From an uncultured Gemmatimonadaceae bacterium (GTDB taxonomy: Bacteria > Gemmatimonadota > Gemmatimonadetes > Gemmatimonadales > Gemmatimonadaceae), in assembly GCA_963843845.1 (NCBI GenBank), contig CAWJMB010000002.1, positions 3,392,001-3,456,000 on the forward strand: a stretch of DNA of 64,000 bases. The letters are read 5' to 3'. This document shows, piece by piece, positions 22,788-31,492 of this stretch. Position numbers and translations under genes: made by a program. Each line of letters starts with the position of its first letter. Within the stretch, counting starts at the first letter, position 1. The notes under the pieces were generated by a model that was not told the DNA's origin, did no database searches, and was given only the letters and a program-made list of their open reading frames with translations.

Positions 22788-24255
22788 GGCGCGTCGAACT
22801 TGTACGTCGTGCGCGCGAGATCGTACGCGAGCGCGCGCGCCATCTCGCGCGCGTCGTCGAGATCGATCTGGTGCCGCGCGACGAGCCCGCCGAGCCAGTT
22901 CGCGTCGACGCGCCGCGACAGGTCGTGCCGCGCCGGGATCGAGCAGAACGCGCGCGTGTCGTCGTTGAAGCCGGCCGTGTTGTAGATCCCCGCCGTCTCC
23001 GTCACCTGCTCGCGGTAGCGCCGCATCCCCTCGAGCGAGTCGTGGAACCACCACGCGGGGCCGAGTCGCAGCGCGGGGTAGTGGCCGGCGAGCGGGGCGA
23101 GCTCGCGCGCGTACGTCGTCTCGTCGAGCGTGAACAGCACCAGCGTGAGACGCGGGTCGTTGCCGTGCGCGGCGAGCAGGTTCCTGAGGTTGCGCGTGTA
23201 CTCGGTCGCGACCGGGATGTCGGCTCCCTTGTCGGGGCCGAACCGCGGCGAAGATCGGCGCGTTGTGGTCGCGCAGCGCGCCCGGGTGCAGCTGCATGAC
23301 GAGCCCGTCCTCGGTCGACTGGCGCGCCATCTCGATCAGCATGTGCGCCTCGAACGCGCGCTGGTCGGCCGGCGTCGCCGCGCCCTGCCGTGCGCGCTGG
23401 AACAGCGCGTCCATCGCCTCCGGTGTCTGCGACTCCGTCCACGGCTCGACGACCGCGTGGTCGGTCGCGGTGGCGCCTGCCGACTTGAAGAACGCGCGCC
23501 GCTCGGCCAGCGCGGCGACGAACGCGTCGAACGTCGCGATCGACGTGCCGCACGCCGCTTCCAGCGCCGCGAGCTCGGTCGGCCACGACGGGAGCGCGAT
23601 GCGGAACACCGCGTCCGGCCGGAAGCTCGGCACGACGCGCCCCGTCCAGCCCGACTCGCGGATCGCGCGATGATGCGTGAGCGGGTCGGCCGCCGCGTCG
23701 GTCGTCGCGAGCACCTCGATGTTGAAGCGCTCGAACAGCGCGCGCGGCCGGTACTCCGGGCTCGCGAGCCGCTCGGCGATCTCGTCGTAGACGTAGTCGG
23801 CCGTCTCGCCGGAGAGCTTCACGCTGCACGCCGAACACCTCGGCCAGCTCGTGATCGAGCCAGATGCCGGTCGGCGTGCCGCGGAACAGGTGGTAGTGCG
23901 ACGCGAACACCCGCCAGATCCGGCGCGGATCGCGCTCGCCGCCCGGCCCGGCCGTGCCGTCGCGCGTCGGGATGCCCAACGCCTCGAGCGGCACGCCCTG
24001 CGAGTAGAGCATCCGGAAGATGTAGTGATCCGGGATGACGATGAGCGCCGTCGGCTCGGGGAACGGCGCGTTCGCCGCGAGCAGCGCCGGGTCGACGTGG
24101 CCGTGCGGGCAGATCAGCGGCAGGGTCGCCGTCTCCTCGTACAGCTCGCGCGCGACGCGTCGCACGGCCGGATCGGCGTCGAAGAACCGGTCCGGGTGCA
24201 GCACGAGCGGAGCGCCGAGGCGAGGGGCGGCGGGCGCGGAGGCGGGCGCGGTCAC
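22784..24255 (-). CDS. uxaC: Uronate isomerase, frameshifted near 23825 and 23243
   Basis: PLICPHGHVDP, PDHYIFRMLYSQG, RPRALFERFNIEVLATTD, LGPAWWFHDS and GFNDDTRAFCSIPARHD across three frames. Confidence 0.93.
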
Positions 24256-24286
24256 GAGTGGCTCATGCGGGCGAGGGCTCCCGAGT

Positions 24287-24310
24287 ATATTGTTCTTGCA
24301 AAGAACAAAT
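24287..24310. promoter_or_regulatory. Second operator copy, ATATTGTTCT-TGCAA-AGAACAAAT, between divergent uxaC and the ROK regulator
   Basis: Shares GTATATTGTTCTTGC (15 bp) and AGAACAA with the site at 5823-5849. Confidence 0.75.
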
Positions 24311-24367
24311 GCTGACAGCAGTGTAGGCCACGGCCGCCGCTCCCGCAATAGGGCATCTTCTCCCGCC

Positions 24368-25599
24368 ATGCGAAAGATCGACACTCGCCGGTTCGTGCGC
24401 GCCACGCGTGCGACGCCGCGGAACATCAACCGGCAGATCCTGCTCAACCTCGTGCGCGAGCAGGGCCCGATCTCGCGCGCCGACCTCGCGCGGCGCATGG
24501 ACATCGGGCGCGGCATGGTCACCGCCCTCGTCGACGAGCTGCTGCACGAAGAGGCGATCTACGAGGGCGCGACGGTCGACGCGCCGCGCGGCCGCAAGCC
24601 GAAGATGCTCTACGTCCGCACGCGCGGGCGCCTCGTCATCGGCGTCGACGTCCGCTTCTCGCGCACCTACCTCATGCTCGGCGACTTCGCGGGGGTGCCG
24701 GTCGCGACCGAGTCGTTCGAGACCGTGACCGACCCTGCGGCGTTCGTCGACACCATCGTCGCCCGCGTCGGGGCGCTGCTCCGCGCGCACGGCGAGCGCG
24801 GCGCGCTCGCCGCGTGCGAGGGGATCGGCCTCGTCATCCCCGGCCAGGTCGATCAGCTCACCGGCCGCGTGCTGAACTCGCCGCAGCTCGGCTGGCGCGA
24901 CGTCGACGTGCGCGACGCGATCGCGCAGCGCACCGGCCTCGCGACGTTCGTCGAGAACGCGCCGATCGCCTGCGCGCTGGCCCACATGTGGCTCGGCACG
25001 CAGGGGGCCGAGCAGCACGACCGACTTCGCGTACGTGACGGTGAGCGACGGCGTCGGCGTGGGGATCGTCGTGAACGGTCAGGTCGTGCGGGGCACCGGG
25101 CACACCGCCGGCGAGTTCGGCCACATCCCGCTCGCGCTCGACGGCGCACTCTGCCTCTGCGGCGCGCGCGGCTGCCTCGAGGCCTACACGTCGAACCTCG
25201 CGACGCTCAAGCGCTACCTCGGCCGCGACCTCTCGCTGGGGCGACACGCGCGACCTGCTGCGCACGAGCGGGCTGACGGTCGACGACGTCCTCACCCGCG
25301 CCCGCGACGGCGACGCGCGCGCCGCCGCCGCGCTGAACGAGACCGCGCGCTACCTCGGCGTGGGCCTCGTCTCGATCATCAACGGCGTGAACCCGGCGCA
25401 GATCGTGATCGGCGGCGAGGTCACGGCGGCGTGGGATCGCATCTACCCGATCATGCGCGCCGAGGTGCGCGCGCGGGCACTGACCGCCGCGTCAGCCGCA
25501 ACGCCGATCGTGGCGGAGGCGCCCGGCGTGTCGCCGCGGCTGCGAGGAGCGACGGCGCTCGTGACGGCGCCGCTGTTCGCGGCGCCGCAGGTGGCGTAG
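24368..25599 (+). CDS. ROK-family transcriptional repressor, frameshifted near 25020 and 25240
   Basis: N-terminal HTH (NRQILLNLVREQGPISRADLAR, GRKP), GVGVGIV, AGEFGH, CLCGARGCLE and NPAQIVIGG. Confidence 0.9.
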
Positions 25600-25620
25600 C
25601 ACGGGCCGCCGACGCGTCGG

Positions 25621-26301
25621 CTACTCGCGATTCTTCCTCGCCGCCGTCCTCGCCGCCGTCCGCGTCGGCGCGGTCATCGTCTGTCCTCCGAGCGGTCGGT
25701 CGTCGTCGTCCGAGCCGCGCGTTCGGTCCAGCGTCTCCCGTCGCTCCAACATGGCGACGAACTCGGCGACCCGGCGCGCTCTCGTCTCGGGCCGGACCGC
25801 CGTCTGGATCCGATGGAGAATCGCGTATCGCGCCGCGCCCCGCAGCGTCTCGAAGAACGCGCTCGCTTCCGGGTGCTCGTCGAGAGACGCTCGGAGGTCG
25901 TCCGGGACGGTCATCGTGCGAGCGGAATCATAGGCGCGGTCCCACCGACCGTCCGCTCTGGCCGCCTCGACGGCAGCCAGCCCAGCGGGGTGCATCGCGC
26001 CCGCCGCGACGAGCCGCGCCACGTGCTCGCGATTCCGCTTCGACCAGGGGCTCCGCTGCTGCCGCGGCGTGAACTTCTGCAGAAAGGAATCCGTATCGAA
26101 GCGCTGCTTCTGCCCGTCGATCCAGCCGAAGCAGAGCGCGACGTCGAGCGCGTCGGCATAGCTGACCGACTGCAGCGGCGAGGCGGCCTTCGCGATGCGG
26201 AGCCAGAGACCGCGCTGCGTGGCATGGTGTGCCTCGAGCCACTGTCGGAAGGCGGCGCCGTCGGCGAAGAGCACGATCGGGTAGTCGGACGCTGGAGCCA
26301 C
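25621..26301 (-). CDS. YdeI/OmpD-associated family protein
   Basis: FRQWLEAHH, ALCFGWIDG, FTPRQQRSPWSKRN and AVRPETRARRV. Confidence 0.85.
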   Translation of the reverse strand: MAPASDYPIVLFADGAAFRQWLEAHHATQRGLWLRIAKAASPLQSVSYADALDVALCFGWIDGQKQRFDTDSFLQKFTPRQQRSPWSKRNREHVARLVAAGAMHPAGLAAVEAARADGRWDRAYDSARTMTVPDDLRASLDEHPEASAFFETLRGAARYAILHRIQTAVRPETRARRVAEFVAMLERRETLDRTRGSDDDDRPLGGQTMTAPTRTAARTAARKNRE

Positions 26302-26396
26302 GTTCGATGGACGGAGTGGGGGATGCGGCGCGCGAAGGCGCGCGGTCTCGTGATCGCGGGCGCTCCGTTGCCGGTGAACGGGCCGGCGCGCCGCCC

Positions 26397-26939
26397 TCAG
26401 TTCGCGGCGGGTCGCGCGCGAGACGCCTGGTAGAAGACGGTCTGCCACCGCGTGCCCCGCCGGGACCAGACGGAGGTGGCATACGCGGTCCACGCCATCG
26501 CCGGGGCGCTGACCCGGTAGGAGAGCAGAACGACGTCGGCGCCCGGCCGCAGTACCCGCCACTCGGTGAGCGTGAACTGCGTCGCGTTGAGTGCGTCGTA
26601 GATGCGCCCGACCCCCTCCTGCGTGGTCGGGCTGCGCGTGACCAGGCCCATGGGTTCGGCGCCGTATTCGACCGAGAGCATCCCGTCGGCGAAGAGCGCG
26701 GCCACCGAGTCGCGGCCGATCGCCGCGGGGTGCCACTTCGCGGCTTCCAGCGTGCGGAGGGACGCCTCCACATCGGCGGGCGCCGCCACATCGGCGGGCG
26801 CCGCCGTGTCCGGCGCGGGCGTGCCGGGACCCGCACAGCTGGCCAGGGCCGCGGCGGCGAGCAGCCGGCGGACGGCGCGGAACGTGGTGCCCATGCCGCT
26901 ACGGCATGTGGGGAGCGACGCAGCAGTCGGACTGTTCAT
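26397..26939 (-). CDS. Putative lipoprotein with an NTF2-like (DUF4440-type) domain; probable cassette gene
   Basis: Lipobox-like LASC; C-terminal VVLLSYRV...ATSVWSRRGTRWQTVFYQAS; starts just after an attC-like site. Start codon uncertain. Confidence 0.6.
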   Translation of the reverse strand: MNSPTAASLPTCRSGMGTTFRAVRRLLAAAALASCAGPGTPAPDTAAPADVAAPADVEASLRTLEAAKWHPAAIGRDSVAALFADGMLSVEYGAEPMGLVTRSPTTQEGVGRIYDALNATQFTLTEWRVLRPGADVVLLSYRVSAPAMAWTAYATSVWSRRGTRWQTVFYQASRARPAAN

Positions 26940-26963
26940 GGTCGACGTACGAAGGGTGAGGAT

Positions 26964-27059
26964 GCCTGCCGCTCCGTTCACCTGCAGAGCGCGATCCGTG
27001 GAACCCGGCGGCTGGTGCGGACCGCCCGCCGCCTTGTCAGCTGCAACGATTCGTTCGGC
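26964..27059 (-). mobile_element. attC-like integron recombination site 4 (degenerate R')
   Basis: Minus strand reads GCCGAAC-GAATCGTTGCAGCTGACAA...CTGCAGGTGAACGGAGC-GGCAGGC; shares TTGTCAGCTGCAACGATTCGT with site 1. Confidence 0.6.
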
Positions 27060-27381
27060 GGCGACGACGCCGCGGCGCGACCGTCTCCAGCCGTTCGAGC
27101 GGCAGCCTCCCCGTCGCGTCGTGCGGCACGCCGATCCGCTTGGCGAGGGTCCCGACCGGGTCGATGCGTGACGGCGTGAAGCGGGCGGAGGGGTGAAACG
27201 TGTGACTACGCGGGCGAGCCCGCTGGATGAACGCCATGCCGTCGCTGGCTACCCTCCCCGTGCAGCGACCTGAACGCCTCGGGCGCCCCTGCCCCGACAC
27301 GTCGCCGCCGAGCGAGTACCCGGGGCACGTCGTCCATGCGCGGGTATCGGTCGGCGCCCGCACTGCCCAATGCCGGCTACC

Positions 27382-27505
27382 ATGCGCCTTCGCGACACGT
27401 TAGCCGACCGCCGCGAGGAGATCCAGCGCGCCGCGGCGGAGAGCGGGGCGCACGTCGTCCGCGTGTTCGGCTCGGTCATGCGCGGCGAGGAGGGGGACGA
27501 TGAGC
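27382..27505 (+). pseudogene. Remnant of a minimal nucleotidyltransferase (MNT antitoxin-like)
   Basis: MRLRDTLADRREEIQRAAAESGAHVVRVFGSVMRGE matches the MNT N-terminus; the SDxD motif is missing and similarity stops. Confidence 0.6.
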
Positions 27506-27599
27506 ACGCCCTCGACCCCAGCGATCGGTGCCGCCGCGGACAGGTGGAGATTGACCTGCTCGCTCCCCCCCGCACCGCCGACTCGGTTGTCCGCCGGGT

Positions 27600-27953
27600 C
27601 GAGCACGCCGGTCTCCGGGCGGCCGAGGTCCGATCACGCCACATCCCCTTCCAGACCCACCGCACTTCGCCCCGCCGGGCGGCCGCAGGATCGAGAAGCC
27701 CATAGTTGAGCCCGAGCACGTGGACGAGGTGCTCGCGCTGGCGGCGCGCGAAGCGCTCCGCCTCACCGACGTAGTGGGCATAGTACCGCCCGTCGAGTTC
27801 GGACCGGATCGTCCAGATGTAGAGGCAGGAGGCGTCACGGTGGGCGCAGTCGAACAGCGACCGCGGGCCGGCGGCGAATGTGAGCGGGCCGGCGAAGTGG
27901 AGGTGCAGCGAGACCGGCGGCGTCGCCGGTGCGGTCAGGTCGGTGCCGGTCAT
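27600..27953 (-). pseudogene. Cassette gene with a GIY-YIG-like motif, apparently 3'-truncated
   Basis: CLYIWTI...HYVGEAERFARRQREH; starts 19 bp after an attC-like R' end. The 3' boundary is approximate. Confidence 0.45.
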
Positions 27954-27971
27954 CCGCGAGGGCGCGTCGAC

Positions 27972-28064
27972 GTGTAACGTCAGGGTGAGCTTGCGAGCGA
28001 GTCGGACAACGCGAGCGAAGCGAGCGATCCGCAGATCGCTCGTCGAGTTCGAGGATCGTCATCC
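27972..28064 (-). mobile_element. attC-like site 3 (degenerate)
   Basis: Minus strand reads GGATGAC-GATCCTCGAACTCGACGAGCGATCTGCGGATCGCTCGCTTCGCTCG...CTCGCTCGCAAGCTCACCCTGAC-GTTACAC; overlaps the GrpB stop. Confidence 0.55.
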
Positions 28065-28624
28065 GGCCGGCGGGCCGTGGCCTGGGGTACGCTTCCAGAG
28101 CGCCGCGCGCTGCTCGGCCTCGCGGATGAAGGCTGATTTTCCATCGCTGTAGCACCCCATATCGCCGCGACATTCGTTTGCGAGCAGCCGTTTCAGCTTG
28201 GCGTACGCGCGCGCGGCATCGTGGTGTGCGCGGAGATGGTCCCGGAATTGAGATGCCGCTCGATTTCGCCTGACGACTGCCTGCGCGTAGGCGTGTATCT
28301 GGTGGGTTCGAACGCCGTGGGGATCATCTCTGCGAAAATATCGGCGACCGGGTAGGCCGAACTCGCCCATGACCTCGTAGCCGAGCTCCTCGAACCGGCG
28401 GGACCGGGTGTCCAGCGCATGGACGCTCGAGACCACCGCGAGCATGTCGATGACTGGCTTCGCGGGGAGGCCTGGAACGGCTGTACTGCCGATGTGGTGG
28501 AGCGCGACGAGGACGTCGCCGAAGGCGGGACGAACTCGCTCGGCTTCGCGAGCGAACGCGTCCGGCCAGCCGGGATCGTGTTCGGCGATAGGATCTCGCT
28601 GTTCGGCAGTCTGCCGCTCCTCAT
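28059..28624 (-). CDS. GrpB family protein (nucleotidyltransferase fold), cassette gene, frameshifted
   Basis: HDPGWPDAF...HHIGSTAVPGLPAKPVIDM, GEFGLPGRRYF, THQIH, FRDHLR and YSDGKSAF. Confidence 0.85.
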
Positions 28625-28640
28625 CGACCTGCGTGCGGCC

Positions 28641-28738
28641 GTCTAACGCTTGAGTCGACCTGCGAGCCGCGCGTCATGGAGCCACGCTGCCCGCGCGGAA
28701 TGCTGGCCCATCTCGCCAGCTTCAACGTTACGGTAGCT
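28641..28738 (-). mobile_element. attC-like site 2
   Basis: Minus strand reads AGCTACC-GTAACGTTGAAGCTGGCGAG...CTCGCAGGTCGACTCAAGC-GTTAGAC, with a perfect GTTRRRY at the 3' end 17 bp before the GrpB start. Confidence 0.65.
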
Positions 28739-28771
28739 GGCGGCTCGACGATGGCGGAGAGGCCAAGCGCT

Positions 28772-29519
28772 TCATGCTGAGTGCACGAGGCGAAGCTCCC
28801 GGACGCGGGTCCGGTCGGACTCGAAGACGAAGACGCGGTCGTACCTCGTGTGGAACTCAGCGGACGCCACCTCGTCGAGCACAACGCCCCATGTCGAGGG
28901 ACCGGCTGCCCCGATCACCAGCACGAGCCACCGACTGTAGCACTCCAGGCATACCGACCGACCTTCGGATCCTCGACGGCGAGACGCTCCTGCAGCTCCT
29001 CCGCGCCCCACGGTGCGACCTCGTGCATGCTCCCCTCGCGCCAGTCGGCGGAATCATACCGTGGGCCCGGGCGAGCATCATCTGCGTGACCGGCAAGTCA
29101 GGACGCAGTCGCTCGAATCCGGTACCAAACTCGACGAGGCCTTCGGACCGCGGAACGTGCTCGGCGACGAAGTCGGTCAGGGCGGGTGCCACACGATCGC
29201 GCCGCCACTCGGTGTGATCTTCGGCCCACGCTACCCACACGTTGACCGGCGGGTAGGCCGACCCCTCGTACCGCCGTCGTGCCACCGCGAGGATGCGCCC
29301 GTGCTCGACCTCGGACCGCCGCTGCTCGCCGCCGCTCGGGTGCATGGCGGTCAGCTCGACTCCTACCGAGCCGACGCTCGTCTCGACGACGATGTCGGGT
29401 CCTGGCGGGGGCGGCTGCCGGAGCTTCCCTCGCGGCGCGTTCACATCGAGCGCGGCCGCGAACCGCTCATAGGTCGTCTCCCGTTCCCACACTTTCACGT
29501 CATCGGGACGCCGGAGCAT
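28772..29519 (-). CDS. Cassette-encoded hypothetical protein with a PD-(D/E)xK-like motif, frameshifted
   Basis: PDIVVETSVGSVGVELT in ORF 28857..29636; the C-terminus WLVLVI...YDRVFVF lies in ORF 28772..29011; flanked by attC-like sites. Confidence 0.55.
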
Positions 29520-29552
29520 GCAGATCCACCCGCTGAGAGGTTGCCCGTCGCG

Positions 29553-29649
29553 AGTTAACGCCGGAGTTAAGCTGCGAAGCCGCGCGGTTGGAGCTATGAA
29601 TGCGGCTGGAGCGCTGCGCGGCGTTGTCAGCTGCAACGATTCGTCAGCC
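29553..29649 (-). mobile_element. attC-like site 1
   Basis: Minus strand reads GGCTGAC-GAATCGTTGCAGCTGACAACGCCGCGC...GCGCGGCTTCGCAGCTTAACTCCGGC-GTTAACT, an imperfect palindrome starting 6 bp after the hicA stop. Confidence 0.75.
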
Positions 29650-29655
29650 GGCGGC

Positions 29656-29862
29656 TCAGAGGGGCTCGCGGAACTCCTCAGGCGTCAGGCCCGCGTCCCG
29701 GACGATTCCGCCCATCGTGAAGGCGTTCACAGGGTTGTGGCGCGGGATGGTGAGTATGCGGGCGCCGTCCGACATCACCGTGTGCTTGCCCTCGCGCACC
29801 ACGCGGAAGACCGCCTTCTCGAGCGCGGATCGCGTGCAGGTGATTGACGCCCGGGATCTTCC
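29656..29862 (-). pseudogene. hicA: HicA-family toxin with a damaged 5' end
   Basis: KIPGVNH...ALEKAVFRVVREGKHTVMSDGARILTIPRHNPVNAFTMGGIVRDAGLT; frameshift near 29828 and no clean start codon. Confidence 0.75.
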
Positions 29863-29869
29863 CCGCCGC

Positions 29870-30070
29870 TCAGCCCGCGACCTCGACCTCACGTACCTCG
29901 ACATCGTCGCGCAGCAGCTCGACACGGGCCGCGAGGTACTCGCCGATCGCGTCGGCGATGTTCGCCAGCGCCTCCGCCTCGTCCCGCCCCTGCGACCAAC
30001 AGCCGGGCAGGCCGGGGACGGAAACGCGCACGCCTTCCTCATCCTGATCCAGGGCAACTCGATAGCGCAT
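29870..30070 (-). CDS. hicB: HicB-family antitoxin (short form)
   Basis: VSVPGLPGCWSQGRDEAEALANIADAIGEYL; AGGAGG RBS. Confidence 0.9.
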   Translation of the reverse strand: MRYRVALDQDEEGVRVSVPGLPGCWSQGRDEAEALANIADAIGEYLAARVELLRDDVEVREVEVAG

Positions 30071-30538
30071 CGGATTCCTCCTGGATGCCTGAATCTACGC
30101 GGACGGAGGTAGGCCGGCTCACGCCAATCGTACTGCGCAGCATAACGCGGCAACGGCTGCGCCCCTCGCAGCATATCGACCGACCGGCCCCATCACCGAT
30201 CTCGCGAACGTCTACCGACCTTCGACTCGCTGACTACGCCCCCACAGCCCCGCCGCTACCCAACGCCGTGTAACGCGCCCTCCCAGCCACGGCCGTCGTC
30301 ACGCACAGCGCCCCGCCTCACGCCACCCCCGCGAACGTCGACAGGTCGAGCATCGGGAACCCCGCCCCGGTTCGTCGCCTCGCGGACGGATCGTCGTTCG
30401 CGTGCGTGGGCCCGCCGCGCTTCCCCACCTCCAGGAGCGCGTCGCGCACGGGGGGCGTGTCCGGCGCGACTGGCGCACGCGTACGTCGTCCTGCACGGCG
30501 AACTGCGGGTGATACGCGGATTGAACGCGGCCGCGCAC

Positions 30539-31492
30539 TCACTCCTCCACGAGCACGAGAAACCGCGACCCCGCCCAGAACTTCGCCGGATCGCCGATGC
30601 GCAGCACGCCGCGGACGACGGGGTTCCCTGGCTGCGACGGCGCGAGCCACGCCGGATCGTGCGACGACACGATGCGGTACGCGCGGGCGTCGTTCGGCAG
30701 CCGGATCTCGACGTCGCGCCGGCGATCGAGCACCGTGAAGGCTTCCGCCCGCTGCACGCGCGCCGGCACGATCGCGGCGCTCACGCGCCCGAAGATCGGC
30801 AGCCGGGTCCCGCCCGCTTCCGTCACCACTCCCGCTCGCAGCAGCTCGGCGCGCGACGCGGCGATCACGAACACGCTGTCCGCCTGCGCGACGAGCCGCT
30901 GCACCGAGTCGGTCAGCGCGCCACGCTCGGCCAGGAGCTGCGCGTTCGCGCGCTCGAGCGTGTCGACGCGCGCGACGAGCGACGCGATCTGCTCCTGCTG
31001 CCCCCGCACGATCCCGCGGAAGCGCGCGACGGCGGAGTCGAGCCCCGCGACCTGCGTCTCGAGCGCGCGGGTGCGCCCCGCGAGCACGCGAATCCGCGCC
31101 GCCCGCTCGTGCGCCTCGCGGTCGTTGCGCGCGATCCGCTCGGCGACGGCCTGCAGGCGCTGCCGCATCAGCTCGCGCGTCGACAGCCCCGTGTCGAGCG
31201 TCTCGCTCGACACCCGCGGCGTCGAGAGCGAGTCGGGGCCGGCGAGGCGCTCGAGGTCGGTGTCGACGCTGTCGATGAAGTCCTGCGTCTCGCGCACCTG
31301 CTGCAGCAACGTGTCGCGCTCGGCGGACGCGGCGCGCAGGTACTCGACTTCGGTGCGGAGCCTGGCGAGCGAGTCGGCCGTCGCCGCTGCGTTCTCGCCG
31401 ACGAGCAGTCGGCGGGTCGCGTCGCGAGCGCCGCACGCCGCTGCCGCGACGAGGAGCGCGCCGAGCGCGACGCCCCGCGCGACACGATTCAT
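30539..31492 (-). CDS. Coiled-coil lipoprotein; C-terminal domain resembles the Bacteroidota Cbp1-type family
   Basis: Lipobox LVAAAAC, a long heptad-like region, and C-terminal AELLRAGVV..GG...FTVLD...SHDP...LRIGDPAKFWAGSRFLV; ATGA overlap with the upstream gene. The family match is from memory. Confidence 0.65.
   Translation of the reverse strand: MNRVARGVALGALLVAAAACGARDATRRLLVGENAAATADSLARLRTEVEYLRAASAERDTLLQQVRETQDFIDSVDTDLERLAGPDSLSTPRVSSETLDTGLSTRELMRQRLQAVAERIARNDREAHERAARIRVLAGRTRALETQVAGLDSAVARFRGIVRGQQEQIASLVARVDTLERANAQLLAERGALTDSVQRLVAQADSVFVIAASRAELLRAGVVTEAGGTRLPIFGRVSAAIVPARVQRAEAFTVLDRRRDVEIRLPNDARAYRIVSSHDPAWLAPSQPGNPVVRGVLRIGDPAKFWAGSRFLVLVEE

Noticed and set aside
21183..23822. 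Apparent UxaC-UxaA fusion (879-aa ORF)
   Set aside because: Frameshift artefact: the UxaC C-terminus is in ORF 22784..23140 and uxaA has its own coupled ATG at 22787.
30085..30538. Possible attI site or integrase remnant at the head of the cassette array (GTTGGGT on the minus strand near 30256-30262)
   Set aside because: Only a 7-bp core match, and no tyrosine-recombinase motifs are visible in any frame.
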